From contig OZ024743.1 of the NCBI GenBank assembly GCA_964016885.1, forward strand, positions 309,194,001-309,258,000: a stretch of 64,000 nt of DNA, given 5' to 3'. This document shows, piece after piece, positions 54,335 through 64,000 of this stretch. The translations under genes were made by a program, and so were the position numbers. Origin of the DNA: Eledone cirrhosa (lineage: Eukaryota). The first letter of the stretch is position 1. Each line of letters begins with the position of its first letter. The notes under the pieces were generated by a model that did not search any database, had not been told where the DNA came from, and was given only the letters and a program-made list of their open reading frames with translations.

Positions 54335-55730
54335 TTTATTATTATTATTGTCATCATCATCATCATCATCATCATCATTAATATTGTGAATTTGATATTT
54401 CATTCATTAATGTTATTTAATCGGAAAAGTTTCCCCAATGAACACCAGGTCACTACTTGCAACCTCGGATATTCAGGATGTATCGGAGTTTCCTTGCTGT
54501 TCCCAGTAGGCATGCATTTTGAAGTGTTCTAAAGAAGCGGGCTGGGCTAATGTTTTTTAACCAGCCTTGGAAACTCATCAAGATAGTACCTAGTATTCAT
54601 ATGACGATGAGGACGACCTTGATCTCATAACAGTCCCAAATCCTTTTCAGTTCCCATTTTAGATTCTGGTACTGGTTAATTTTCTCCTTCTTTTCTTGCA
54701 CTCTTGTATCAAAGAGACAAGCTACGTCTATAATCAAGCAAGATCTTTTTTCGTTGTAAAAAAACCACCAGGTCAGGCCTATTGCATTCTAATTTCTTGT
54801 CTGAAATCTCACATTACCTTCACCCAACCGTTTTCTATCACCGACTTTGACTTATACTCATACCATTTCTTAGAATAAGGTAAATTATTCAGGTTGCATA
54901 AATGCCAGTGGATCACTTTTATTATGACATCATGACTCCATCCTTTATATTGAGTCTGGGCTAGGTGTTTACACACGGATACGATATGAGCCACAGATCC
55001 TAAAGAGCGGGCTAACCTCCTCTTGGTCAATATGATGTTTCATCCCCTTCATTTTAAGGGCTTGCTTCTGTGCAGTCAGTAGCATTCCCTCTGTAGCTTT
55101 CTTAAGGTCCCCTTCCGTTAACCGGTCCCATGTCTGCAGATCTCTGATTTCTGTTTTCTTCAAAAAGATGCTCTGAAGGGCTTTTCCATTCAGGTTGTTC
55201 TTCCTCTTTGTTGTCACTTCTTTCTTTGACATCCCCCGTCTATTGTCTTCTCCTCCAATACAATCTTATGCATTGGCTCGTTACTCTCAGACACATATTT
55301 GTGCAAACAGTTCTTCTTCACAATGATAAGACCTCTCCTACTTCAGATCTCTTTAAGTACAGTCTATCAACATCACCCTTCTTATGAAACACGCTATTGG
55401 TTGTCATTATTTACCTTGTCTTCCGATCCGGTTCTTTTTGCTTGTTTACATTCCATTTAAGAATTCCAGCACTGTACCTAACAATAGACACAGCACGGGA
55501 ATTTCTGCACTTATGGTATTTCTACTATTTAGATAAGATTTTAGTATGTTCTTATGTATTTCTACTATTTAGATGAGATTTTAGTATGCTCTTATGTATT
55601 CAGATCTTATCATCTACTTCAGTTTATTGTCCTTGATGTTATCTGCTTCCACCTATATCCTTCTTCGGTGTCGATCACCTTTATCATCTCACCCGTTGTA
55701 TCTCGATTCCTTTTCTTACATTCATAAACA
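54335..55730 (-). mobile_element. R4/Dong-clade non-LTR retrotransposon 3' fragment, decayed, ending in (TGA)n/(TAA)n
   Basis: W..L..GDLKK.TEG.L..AQ.QAL, RICG, HIVS.C..LAQ..YK..HD...VIHW.LC, KWYE.K...V.EN. Confidence 0.85.
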
Positions 55731-56049
55731 TAGAAACCGATTTTCCTGCTTTATGCAGTAGCAGCCAATCAGCAAATTAGACCTCCAGTTCACCTCAGCC
55801 AGCCAGTTAGCTAGCTCGCTAGTTAACTAGCCAGACACCCAAGCTCTCAACGAGTCAACTTCTCAGCCAGTCATACAGCAAATCTTGTGCAGCTACTGTC
55901 TAAAACGTAGAGAGGATATTCTATTAAGAAGACCAGGTAAAGGAGGCCAGGTCTATAATAAATAAAACCAGTTATAGAATGCCCTTTTAGACCCCATCAC
56001 AATAACTGTGGAAAAACGTCTCTTCAAAGTTGTATAACGATCAACTGGC

Positions 56050-56270
56050 ACGAAGTTGTGGAAATTCAAATGCGGCACTTAATCAACCCAGAGGCCCTTG
56101 GGTGTATGTGAGAGCCCAGAATGTACATCACTCCAGAAAAAAGGGTGTAGAAGTGAGATTTGCCGCCGTGGAAGAACCTAAATTCCACTTCATCACGACT
56201 TAGAGGAATGTGTGTCTATATCCCATAACTTAGCGCTCAACGAATCAGATCTTCATTTTGAATTTGAATC
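56050..56270 (+). pseudogene. possible Tc1/mariner transposase C-terminal remnant
   Basis: Weak resemblance to the DLNP..W...E..H.S...HFE terminus; heavily decayed. Confidence 0.3.
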
Positions 56271-56950
56271 GAAACGTTCATCGTGTTGGCACAATCGTAA
56301 TCCTATTCCTTCTCTCACACCAAAGACGTGTTGTTCTATTTTGGAAAATAAAATAAAAAAAGAAATACTGAATTTTAATAAAAGAAACAAACAAAAAAAC
56401 TTTCAGATATTTTGATAAAAGTGGAATAAAAAATTGAAATAGACATTGGTTTGGTGCGAATTTTCTGTTGTATCTACAACCAAGAAAAAAAAGTAGAACT
56501 AACGCTAATAAGAGAAGAGAAAAAAATCATAGTCTTAAATCATACTTGATATGTACATTTCAAAGACATGAAAATGTCATCATATATTCTTTAATGTCAT
56601 GTCGCCATGCAGGTGCTGAAAATGTAAACAGTCTTTTATTTGTTTTTGTTTGTTTTTCATATGTATGTCATCAAATGGACGTTGTTAAATCAGGTACAGC
56701 AGACAGGTGTTGTAGCCATTAACTGTCTAAATTTAATATTTATTATCCTAATAATTATTTAAATCAACCTAGCGTCTTAAAATAACGTGTTTTTCAGCCC
56801 TACGCCTCAACCTCATTTGCATATTCATCTAAATAATTTGAAATATTTGTTTTTTTCCTCTCTTCCCCTTTTTCCTTTTACTATCCAGGTAAAACTTAAT
56901 GCGTTAAGGTCTCATTCCTAGATATGTCAATATTTATAAAACAAATTTTG

Positions 56951-57011
56951 TATTTTATCTGATGAGAGCGTACCAAAGTTTTGGTACCCTTGAAATATAT
57001 ATAATAGAATA
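56951..57011 (+). ncRNA. type I hammerhead ribozyme
   Basis: tattttat CTGATGA gag-c-gtaccaaa gt tttggtac-c-ctt GAAA tatata TA atagaata, overlapping AATAAA; same stem I as 33055. Confidence 0.88.
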
Positions 57012-57144
57012 AATATGGTTTTATAAATATAGTTTCCATTTATTAATATCATTGATATTATACCCCAGAAAACTTGTCGCGTGCTTCAAATCAGTTATAA
57101 ATATACATATTTGTTGAATTACCAACAAACTAAATATCCCTTTG

Positions 57145-57197
<53 letters not shown>

Positions 57198-57288
57198 CGA
57201 AGGAAATGTGGTAAGGAACCAGGTGGACCATAACGCACCAAAGTACTCAATACTTAGGGTAGTAGAGTGGGTAATAGGAACAAGTAAG

Positions 57289-57382
57289 ACCCCGACGGCT
57301 GAGCTCAAGCCGTTTCGACGGCTAATTCTGTACTGAATGAACATTTATTCTGGTATTTAAATAGCGGAACTTATCAAGGGGT
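57289..57382 (-). ncRNA. type I hammerhead, U3-A8 variant, long stem II, in the pLTR
   Basis: Reverse complement: acccc TTGATAA g...gcta..tagc..c GAAA cggct tgagctc agccg TC ggggt. Confidence 0.7.
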
Positions 57383-57775
57383 AATTCCATATATGGTCAA
57401 AGAGATAATCACCAGGATTGGTCACATCACAAGTTAGTAGTAAATCTGTGATGGCAAATTGGTGGGGGAAGGGGTAGCTAAACCTGCCGGTAGGAGAAAA
57501 AGGGAGAGGGGGTGGAGTAGACCCATTCATGCGTTGGTAGTGCCAGCTACAGCTGGGTGTGAGGTCAAAGAGGATACTGGGGAGGGGGAGGGGGAGGAGG
57601 TCGAAACGGTAAGTAGAACAATGAAAGGTAAAACTATAAAAGATACTGAGAGAGAAAAAAAATAAGCAAAATAAGCAAAATCTGGTTACTAAGACATAAG
57701 TCTCTCGCTATTGCTAGGCTAAAGAAATACATAAATAAATAAATAAGTGAATAAAAGAATAGAAAAATAAATTTA

Positions 57776-57825
<50 letters not shown>

Positions 57826-58308
57826 GTAGAATAAAAAATAAATAATAATAATAGAAATAAACTAGGTGGGACGGAAATAGAGGGACCCTTATACGAGGTA
57901 AAAGTGCGTGTATCGTACGGTGAGGGGTCAACAAAGGAGAGGGGGGGGGGGGGGCAGAATACTAAAGAGACTACCACGAAAATAATATGGTTTCTACCCC
58001 AATCACAGGGCCAGCAACCACGCAGTGCAAGAAAGTAAACTTGTACGAGAATATAATTCAGGGTCCCGCAAAAAAATACTAGTGCTAACTCTAAGGGTAC
58101 CGCCACGAAACAAGAAGTCTTATACAAGCTACATGAAAGATCATACGGAGTAAAAGTAAAGAACGGAAAATTAATACATTATGGTCCACCTGGTTCCTTA
58201 CCACATTTCCTTCGTTATCTAGCTCCTATCCCCGTAGTAGAGCACTTTCCGACCCTACAACGCCATATCCAGACTTTTCCGCTAAGCTCAATTTCTTTCA
58301 CCCGCACC

Positions 58309-59602
58309 ATGCGAAAACACAATATCGACTTCTCTACCAAGAACATCCCAATCCCACCGAAAAAACTTTACCTTCGGATGCTCACGCAAAAAATCGATCT
58401 ATTTGCGAAAAGACTCAGATGGAGAACTTTTTTCTACGACAGATTCTGCGACAATCAGGACTTCGGTACCAAGGAGAGATTCGGATTTATTACCTACAAA
58501 TCTCCCCCACCCCAAACCCTTTGCTCTCACCCTTCGAGAATGACCTCTTCCAACTGGTCAAGAACCTTAAATTCAAACCTAGACACAACCGATTCCTACA
58601 AAAACTCCGTAGCAACTTGACAGAGTATGATAACACCAATGACATCATGGTGCATTCGGATAAAACTGGGAACCTATACTTTGTCAACCCCGACAGATAC
58701 GACACACTGATCAGGAGCAGCCTAAACTCCACCTATAAAAAGGCTAACTACTCATGCATCGAGGACATTAATCGAGATGGACAACAAATTACCTCCAGCC
58801 TCGGGGTCGCCGACCGCACCGAACCCCTAGACCCACGGACACCCTACTTCACACTGAAGGACCACAAATCCGATTTCGACCGTAAACCATCTATCAGGCT
58901 TATAAACCCAACGAAGTCCGACATAGGGAGAATCAGCAAAAAAATCCTAGACCGCGTGATACCAAAAGTCAAGCAACACGCCCGACTTAGCCTATGGATC
59001 AACACCCAGGAATCTATCTCATGGTTCAGCAATTTGGAGGATAAACGAGACACTAAATTTATCCAGTTCGACATAGAGAGCTACTACGCCTCAATCACCT
59101 TACCGCTACTTACTGCCGCCTTGGACTTCGCCGAAGCACTTGTGCCCATCACCGACCAGGAAAGAAAAATCCTCCTCCACGCCAGGAAGACAGTCTTACT
59201 CTTTGACAACTCCAAATGGATAAAAAGAGCTCCTGACTCACCCTTCGACGTCAGCATGGGCGCTACGGATTCGGCGGAGGTCACAGATCTGATAGGATTA
59301 TTCCTTATAGCCAAACTCACCGATATGTTTCCTGCTTTCGGTGGTGGATTGTACCGTGATGATGGGCTCCTTACCCTTATAGGGTACAACCCCAGTAGTA
59401 CAGATCGGGTCCGTAAACAATTAATCAGCTTCTTCCGCGACTGGGGATTTAAAATAACCCTACAAACGTCCCTGACCCTAGTTAATTTCCTGGACGTTAC
59501 CATCGATCTCAATAATGACCTGTACTACCCATACAGGAAACCCAATGACAACCTGCACTACATCCACCGCCGATCTAACCATCCTAGGAACATCACCAAC
59601 AA
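58309..59602 (+). pseudogene. PLE reverse transcriptase, one frameshift near 58510, 3'-truncated (no GIY-YIG)
   Basis: FSTKNIPIP..Y...L..K..F..RLRW; SDKTGNLY; TLKDHK..RLINP.KS.IG.ISK; QFDIESYY.SI; FDVSMGA.DSAEV; GLYRDDGL; NFLDVT; YRKPN...YIH..SNHP. Confidence 0.92.
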
Positions 59603-59667
<65 letters not shown>

Positions 59668-59821
59668 TAGAGAGCGAAAGAGAGTGACAGAGTGGGAGAG
59701 AGAGAATTATTGCATTATTCAGTTCCCGTTAGAGTAACATATACGATGAAACAGGTGTTAATATTATGCAATAGATGTTATTCCACTCTTCTGGATTGTG
59801 ATGTTTGAAAAGATAATTTTG

Positions 59822-59857
<36 letters not shown>

Positions 59858-60014
59858 AAAGAATAGAGGTGTAACACACAAGTTATTATATATTGGTAAA
59901 CGGAATAGAAAATGCTGACAAATTGTTCACAGTTGAAAAATGGTTTAATTAGGAATAAAAGAGTATTAGTGATTGTATGGGTTAGTATTCAGTTATGGTT
60001 TTAAGTTTTTAAGT

Positions 60015-60051
60015 TTTTACCGGTTGCGCATTTCTAAATGCTTTTCAAAAA
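60015..60051 (-). ncRNA. hammerhead-like motif with GCAA in place of GAAA
   Basis: Inverted copy of 63644-63680. Confidence 0.5.
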
Positions 60052-60112
60052 TAATTTTGAGATAGAGCGTCCGTGCTGTTTGCTCTGATCTGATTAGTTT
60101 TGGGAATTCTAC

Positions 60113-60330
60113 CTGTTTTTATGTTAAAAAAGTGGCTCCAATTTGCAAAAATTCTTGTGGTCAAAACAATTTTGATTGGTCGGTAGAGGTCATGTGAATG
60201 TAAAAAATTGATTTTGCGCCAAGACTGTTTTTATGTTAAAAAAGTGGCTCCAGCAAAAATCTTGTGGTCAAAACAATTTTGATTGGTCGGTAGAGGTCAT
60301 GTGAATAAAAAATTGGTTTTGCGCCAAGAT
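60113..60330. repeat. ~110-bp tandem duplication inside the pLTR (mirror copy at ~63363-63582)
   Basis: ctgtttttatgttaaaaaagtggctcc...ttttgcgccaaga occurs twice. Confidence 0.85.
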
Positions 60331-60354
60331 TGAGAAATGACTCTTTCACAACAA

Positions 60355-60423
<69 letters not shown>

Positions 60424-60509
60424 TGTGTGTGTGTGTGTAGTAGTAGTAGTAAGGTGTTCGATGTTGTGATAATGGTTAGCAGCGATGTGTGTCAAATGGC
60501 TATTAAGAT

Positions 60510-60622
<113 letters not shown>

Positions 60623-60782
60623 GCAGAGTAATTCATGGTGGCAGGGATGGTCAGTAAGAATGTGTCTGAAAGCAATGGGGGGAATTTTAGCATGTCAAAA
60701 GATATTTTTCAGCTTTTGTCTTATACGGAGAAGTGCGCGTGTGTGTGTGTGTATATATAAGTCTCTTTGTATGTTGATGTAC

Positions 60783-62003
60783 AAACCCTACAGGCAGAAA
60801 TCTGGGACCGCTATGGGAACGAAAACAGCCCCCACTTATGCCAACCTAGTCATGGGATACCTGGAAATCACCCTCTACACTAAAGTCCTAAACAAATTTG
60901 GAAACACCCTCCACTTACACATTGAAAGGAACTGGAAGCAATATCTAGATGACTGCTTCATCCTTTGGCACGAAAACATCGAAAAACTTAAAGAATTTCA
61001 CACCCTTATAAATGGGCTCAACACAAATATTAACTTCACGATGGAATACAGCCATCAACAACTCCCCTTCCTCGACATCCTCATTAAGATCCATAACAAA
61101 AAAATAGAAACAGACATATACTACAAGCCCACAGACTCCAAGCAATATCTCCCCTTCAACTCTTGCTACCCTAGACACGTTAAAATTAATATTCCCTACA
61201 ACTTAGCCAAGAGAATCTGTACTATAGTCTCCAATAAAAACATCTGCTACTTACGGCTACAAGAACTAAAGGACACACTCATAGGCAGAGACTACCCTGC
61301 ATCACTAATTGACAATGGAATCCAACGTGCCCTAAAACTCAGTACCCAGGACCTTAGACACCCTAAAGTAAATCAACCAAAACTAAAAGCTCTTCCATAC
61401 ATCTCCACACACAACCCCCTGAACAATGAGGCCTTTGACACCATCCTCCAGAACATCCCTGTATTGAAAAAGGACCATAGAATGAACCAAATTCTACGAA
61501 CTCATGATATCATAAAGAGCAAAAGACAATCCAAGTCAATGAAAAACATCTTAACACATGCCAAAGTACTGCCAACCACAACAACGAAACCCACAGTAAA
61601 AAAATGTGATAGACCCAACTGTGGCATTTGCATCAACCTAATAGAGGGTTCGGAATTCTATTTCAAAGATGGACAACGTTTTATAGTAAAACACAATTTC
61701 ACATGTGCATCGGAAAATCTAATATATGTATTAACTTGTTCAGGTTGTCGAGAACAAAACATAGGCCAGACCAAAAACAGCCTTCGCCAACGCATGACTG
61801 TCCATAGATCCCAAATCAAATTACGGGAATACAGGAAAATACCACTGAGTGAACACATTGATACCTGTGCCGCCCAAAATCATCCCAACTTCAGAATCTT
61901 TCCCCTCTACAAATTTAAAGATAATGCCACCCACACCCAGCGCATCAGCAAGGAATCTTACTTCATTAACAAATACGGACCCTGTCTAAACACTTCTCCC
62001 TAA
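60783..62003 (+). CDS. PLE RT C-terminal half + Cys linker + GIY-YIG endonuclease (open frame, 5'-truncated)
   Basis: GTAMGTKTAPTYANL, YLDDCF, PFLDI, YYKPTD, KCDRPNCGIC, NLIYVLTCSGC..NIGQT..LRQRMTVHR, ESYFI..LN; the first ~40 aa of the 60660 ORF come from the inverted pLTR. Confidence 0.9.
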   Translation, partial: KPYRQKSGTAMGTKTAPTYANLVMGYLEITLYTKVLNKFGNTLHLHIERNWKQYLDDCFILWHENIEKLKEFHTLINGLNTNINFTMEYSHQQLPFLDILIKIHNKKIETDIYYKPTDSKQYLPFNSCYPRHVKINIPYNLAKRICTIVSNKNICYLRLQELKDTLIGRDYPASLIDNGIQRALKLSTQDLRHPKVNQPKLKALPYISTHNPLNNEAFDTILQNIPVLKKDHRMNQILRTHDIIKSKRQSKSMKNILTHAKVLPTTTTKPTVKKCDRPNCGICINLIEGSEFYFKDGQRFIVKHNFTCASENLIYVLTCSGCREQNIGQTKNSLRQRMTVHRSQIKLREYRKIPLSEHIDTCAAQNHPNFRIFPLYKFKDNATHTQRISKESYFINKYGPCLNTSP

Positions 62004-62167
62004 GACGAACCCACAACATACACACGTCAACATACATACCTACATCAGCACACATCTCTACCCACATATAAACACAATGACATACGTAAACACACATGCT
62101 CTATGGTGCAACACAAAAAAATATATGTGCATATATGTATGTATATATGTATATATATATATATATA

Positions 62168-62778
62168 TGGTCAGGTCACCACTTGGTGCTACTGGTAACA
62201 TGTATCCCAGTACAACCTGTCTCATGGTCGGGTCGTTGGCGACTAAACTGGCAACCCCACCAAGGTTTCTTGGTGAGGAGGGTGACTTTGGACATCCTGC
62301 AGGACTAAAAACAAAACCTGTCAAAGGGCAAAGGAGCTCTTAAGAGTCAATGGCCATCCAAAATCACTGGGAGAGATGACCCCTTAGCCTTTGTCAAGGC
62401 AGAATTCTAGGAGAAGGAAAACTCTGATATAACACCTGCAACCCTGATGGTATCCAATGATGTTGACTTGTTCTTCTTTTTGGTAAATATCATCTTGGTT
62501 AAGAGAGTGGGATTGGCTTTGTGCAGTGCCTTTGCTCACTATAAAAGCATCACGGCACAGGCATTGCTTTATATCTGGAGATCTCTTTGCACTTGTCGTC
62601 ACATGGTACCAAGGGCAAAGCACTATGTGTCAATAATTGTCACAAGTGTAGTGTTTGTACCAGAGTTTTCAAGTCGCTGGCTGGACTAAAAAGTCACACT
62701 CGTTCAGCGCATCGGTAGGGTTTCTCCTACATGGATATAAAGTAGTGGCCGTACTCGAAAACGAGTTGGCAGCCACCA
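62168..62778 (+). mobile_element. GC-richer insert between (TA)n tracts, probably RTE-LINE 5' UTR-derived
   Basis: ctaggagaaggaaaactctga and aaaacctgtcaaagggc resemble RTE 5' UTRs as I recall them; no ORF. Confidence 0.4.
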
Positions 62779-63156
62779 TATATATATATATATATAGTGA
62801 ATATATGTATGTGTATATATATATAGTGAATATCATTTCACACCTTTTATTGTTAAGATTTTTGATGTTCTATTAAGAGAACCGATTTTACTGAAAAAAT
62901 CGAATAATGTACACCATTTTACCAGGGGGAAAAATACTGGTCCACCCACACACACACACACACACATATATACACACACACATACACACGCGTACATCAA
63001 CATACAAAGAGACATATATATACACACACACACACACACACGCACTTCTCCGTATAAGACAAAAGCTGAAAAATATCTTTTCACATGCTAAAATACCCCC
63101 CATTGCTTTCTGACTGACATTCTTACTGACCATCCCTGCCACGATGAATTACTCTG

Positions 63157-63214
<58 letters not shown>

Positions 63215-63283
63215 ATCTTAATAGCCATTTGACACACATCGCTGCTAACCATTATCACAACATCGAACACCTTACTACTACTA

Positions 63284-63339
<56 letters not shown>

Positions 63340-63643
63340 TTGTTGTGAAAGAGTCATTTCTCAATCTTGGCGCAAAACCAATTTTTTATTCACATGACCT
63401 CTACCGACCAATCAAAATTGTTTTGACCACAATAATTTTTGCTGGAGCCACTTTTTTAACATAAAAACAGTCTTGGCGCAAAATCAATTTTTTACATTCA
63501 CATGACCTCTACCGACCAATCAAAATTGTTTTGACCACAAGAATTTTTGTAAATTGGAGCCACTTTTTTAACATAAAAACAGGTAGAATTCCCAAAACTA
63601 ATCAGATCAGAGCAAACAGCACTGACACTCTATCTCAAAATTA

Positions 63644-63680
63644 TTTTTGAAAAGCATTTAGAAATGCGCAACCGGTAAAA
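63644..63680 (+). ncRNA. hammerhead-like motif (U3-A8, GCAA) ~125 nt from the pLTR 3' end
   Basis: ttt TTGAAAA gcattt ag aaatgc GCAA ccg GTA aaa. Confidence 0.5.
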
Positions 63681-63801
63681 ACTTAAAAACTTAAAACCAC
63701 AACTGAATACTAACCCATACAATCACTAATACTCTTTTATTCCTAATTAAACCATTTTTCAACTGTGAACAATTTGTCAGCATTTTCTATTCCGTTTACC
63801 A

Positions 63802-63839
<38 letters not shown>

Positions 63840-64000
63840 AGATATATATATGGATATATATATATATATAATGTAATGGAGATATAAATATAACCTGCAT
63901 AGGAATTCCCGCGAACTCACTGCCTAACCATGGAAATATCTTTTTAAGTCAAACTAAGCCGTACGTTAAAACTATCCACGACTCAGGATAACAAGTTATC

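Larger units (their letters stand above)
57194..59602 (+). mobile_element. Penelope-like element (Naiad-like): inverted pLTR 57194-58178, direct pLTR end 58179-58218, 5' UTR, ORF truncated at (TA)n
   Basis: 58179-58218 is the reverse complement of 57194-57233; RT ORF follows. Confidence 0.88.

Noticed and set aside
60660-60782. N-terminal 40 aa of the 447-aa ORF as a real start
   Set aside because: Lies in the inverted pLTR; chance in-frame fusion to the truncated RT

Overview
AT-rich, microsatellite-dense eukaryotic genomic DNA with no recognisable host gene. It is most likely an octopus or other cephalopod, inferred from the dominant tRNA-derived SINE family; this was not checked against any database. 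The window is almost entirely nested transposon debris: Penelope-like elements (PLEs, RT plus GIY-YIG), RTE, L1/Tx1, R4/Dong and CRE-type non-LTR retrotransposon fragments, two SINE superfamilies and a non-autonomous Helitron-like element. The most striking signal is RNA-level. I read about 25 type I hammerhead-ribozyme (HHR) motifs by eye, some degenerate, including U3-A8, C4 and GCAA core variants and long stem II insertions. They sit in PLE pseudo-LTRs and in several distinct non-coding units of about 315-590 nt. These units are inserted into (TA)n as head-to-tail repeats plus an inverted arm, and in several cases the arm reads across the unit junction. That is the footprint expected of self-cleaving, circular or multimeric 'retrozyme'-like RNAs copied by PLE machinery. 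Most short ORFs in the supplied track ([12 protein letters not shown]) are microsatellite artefacts. All coordinates and base pairings were read manually and may be off by a few bases.
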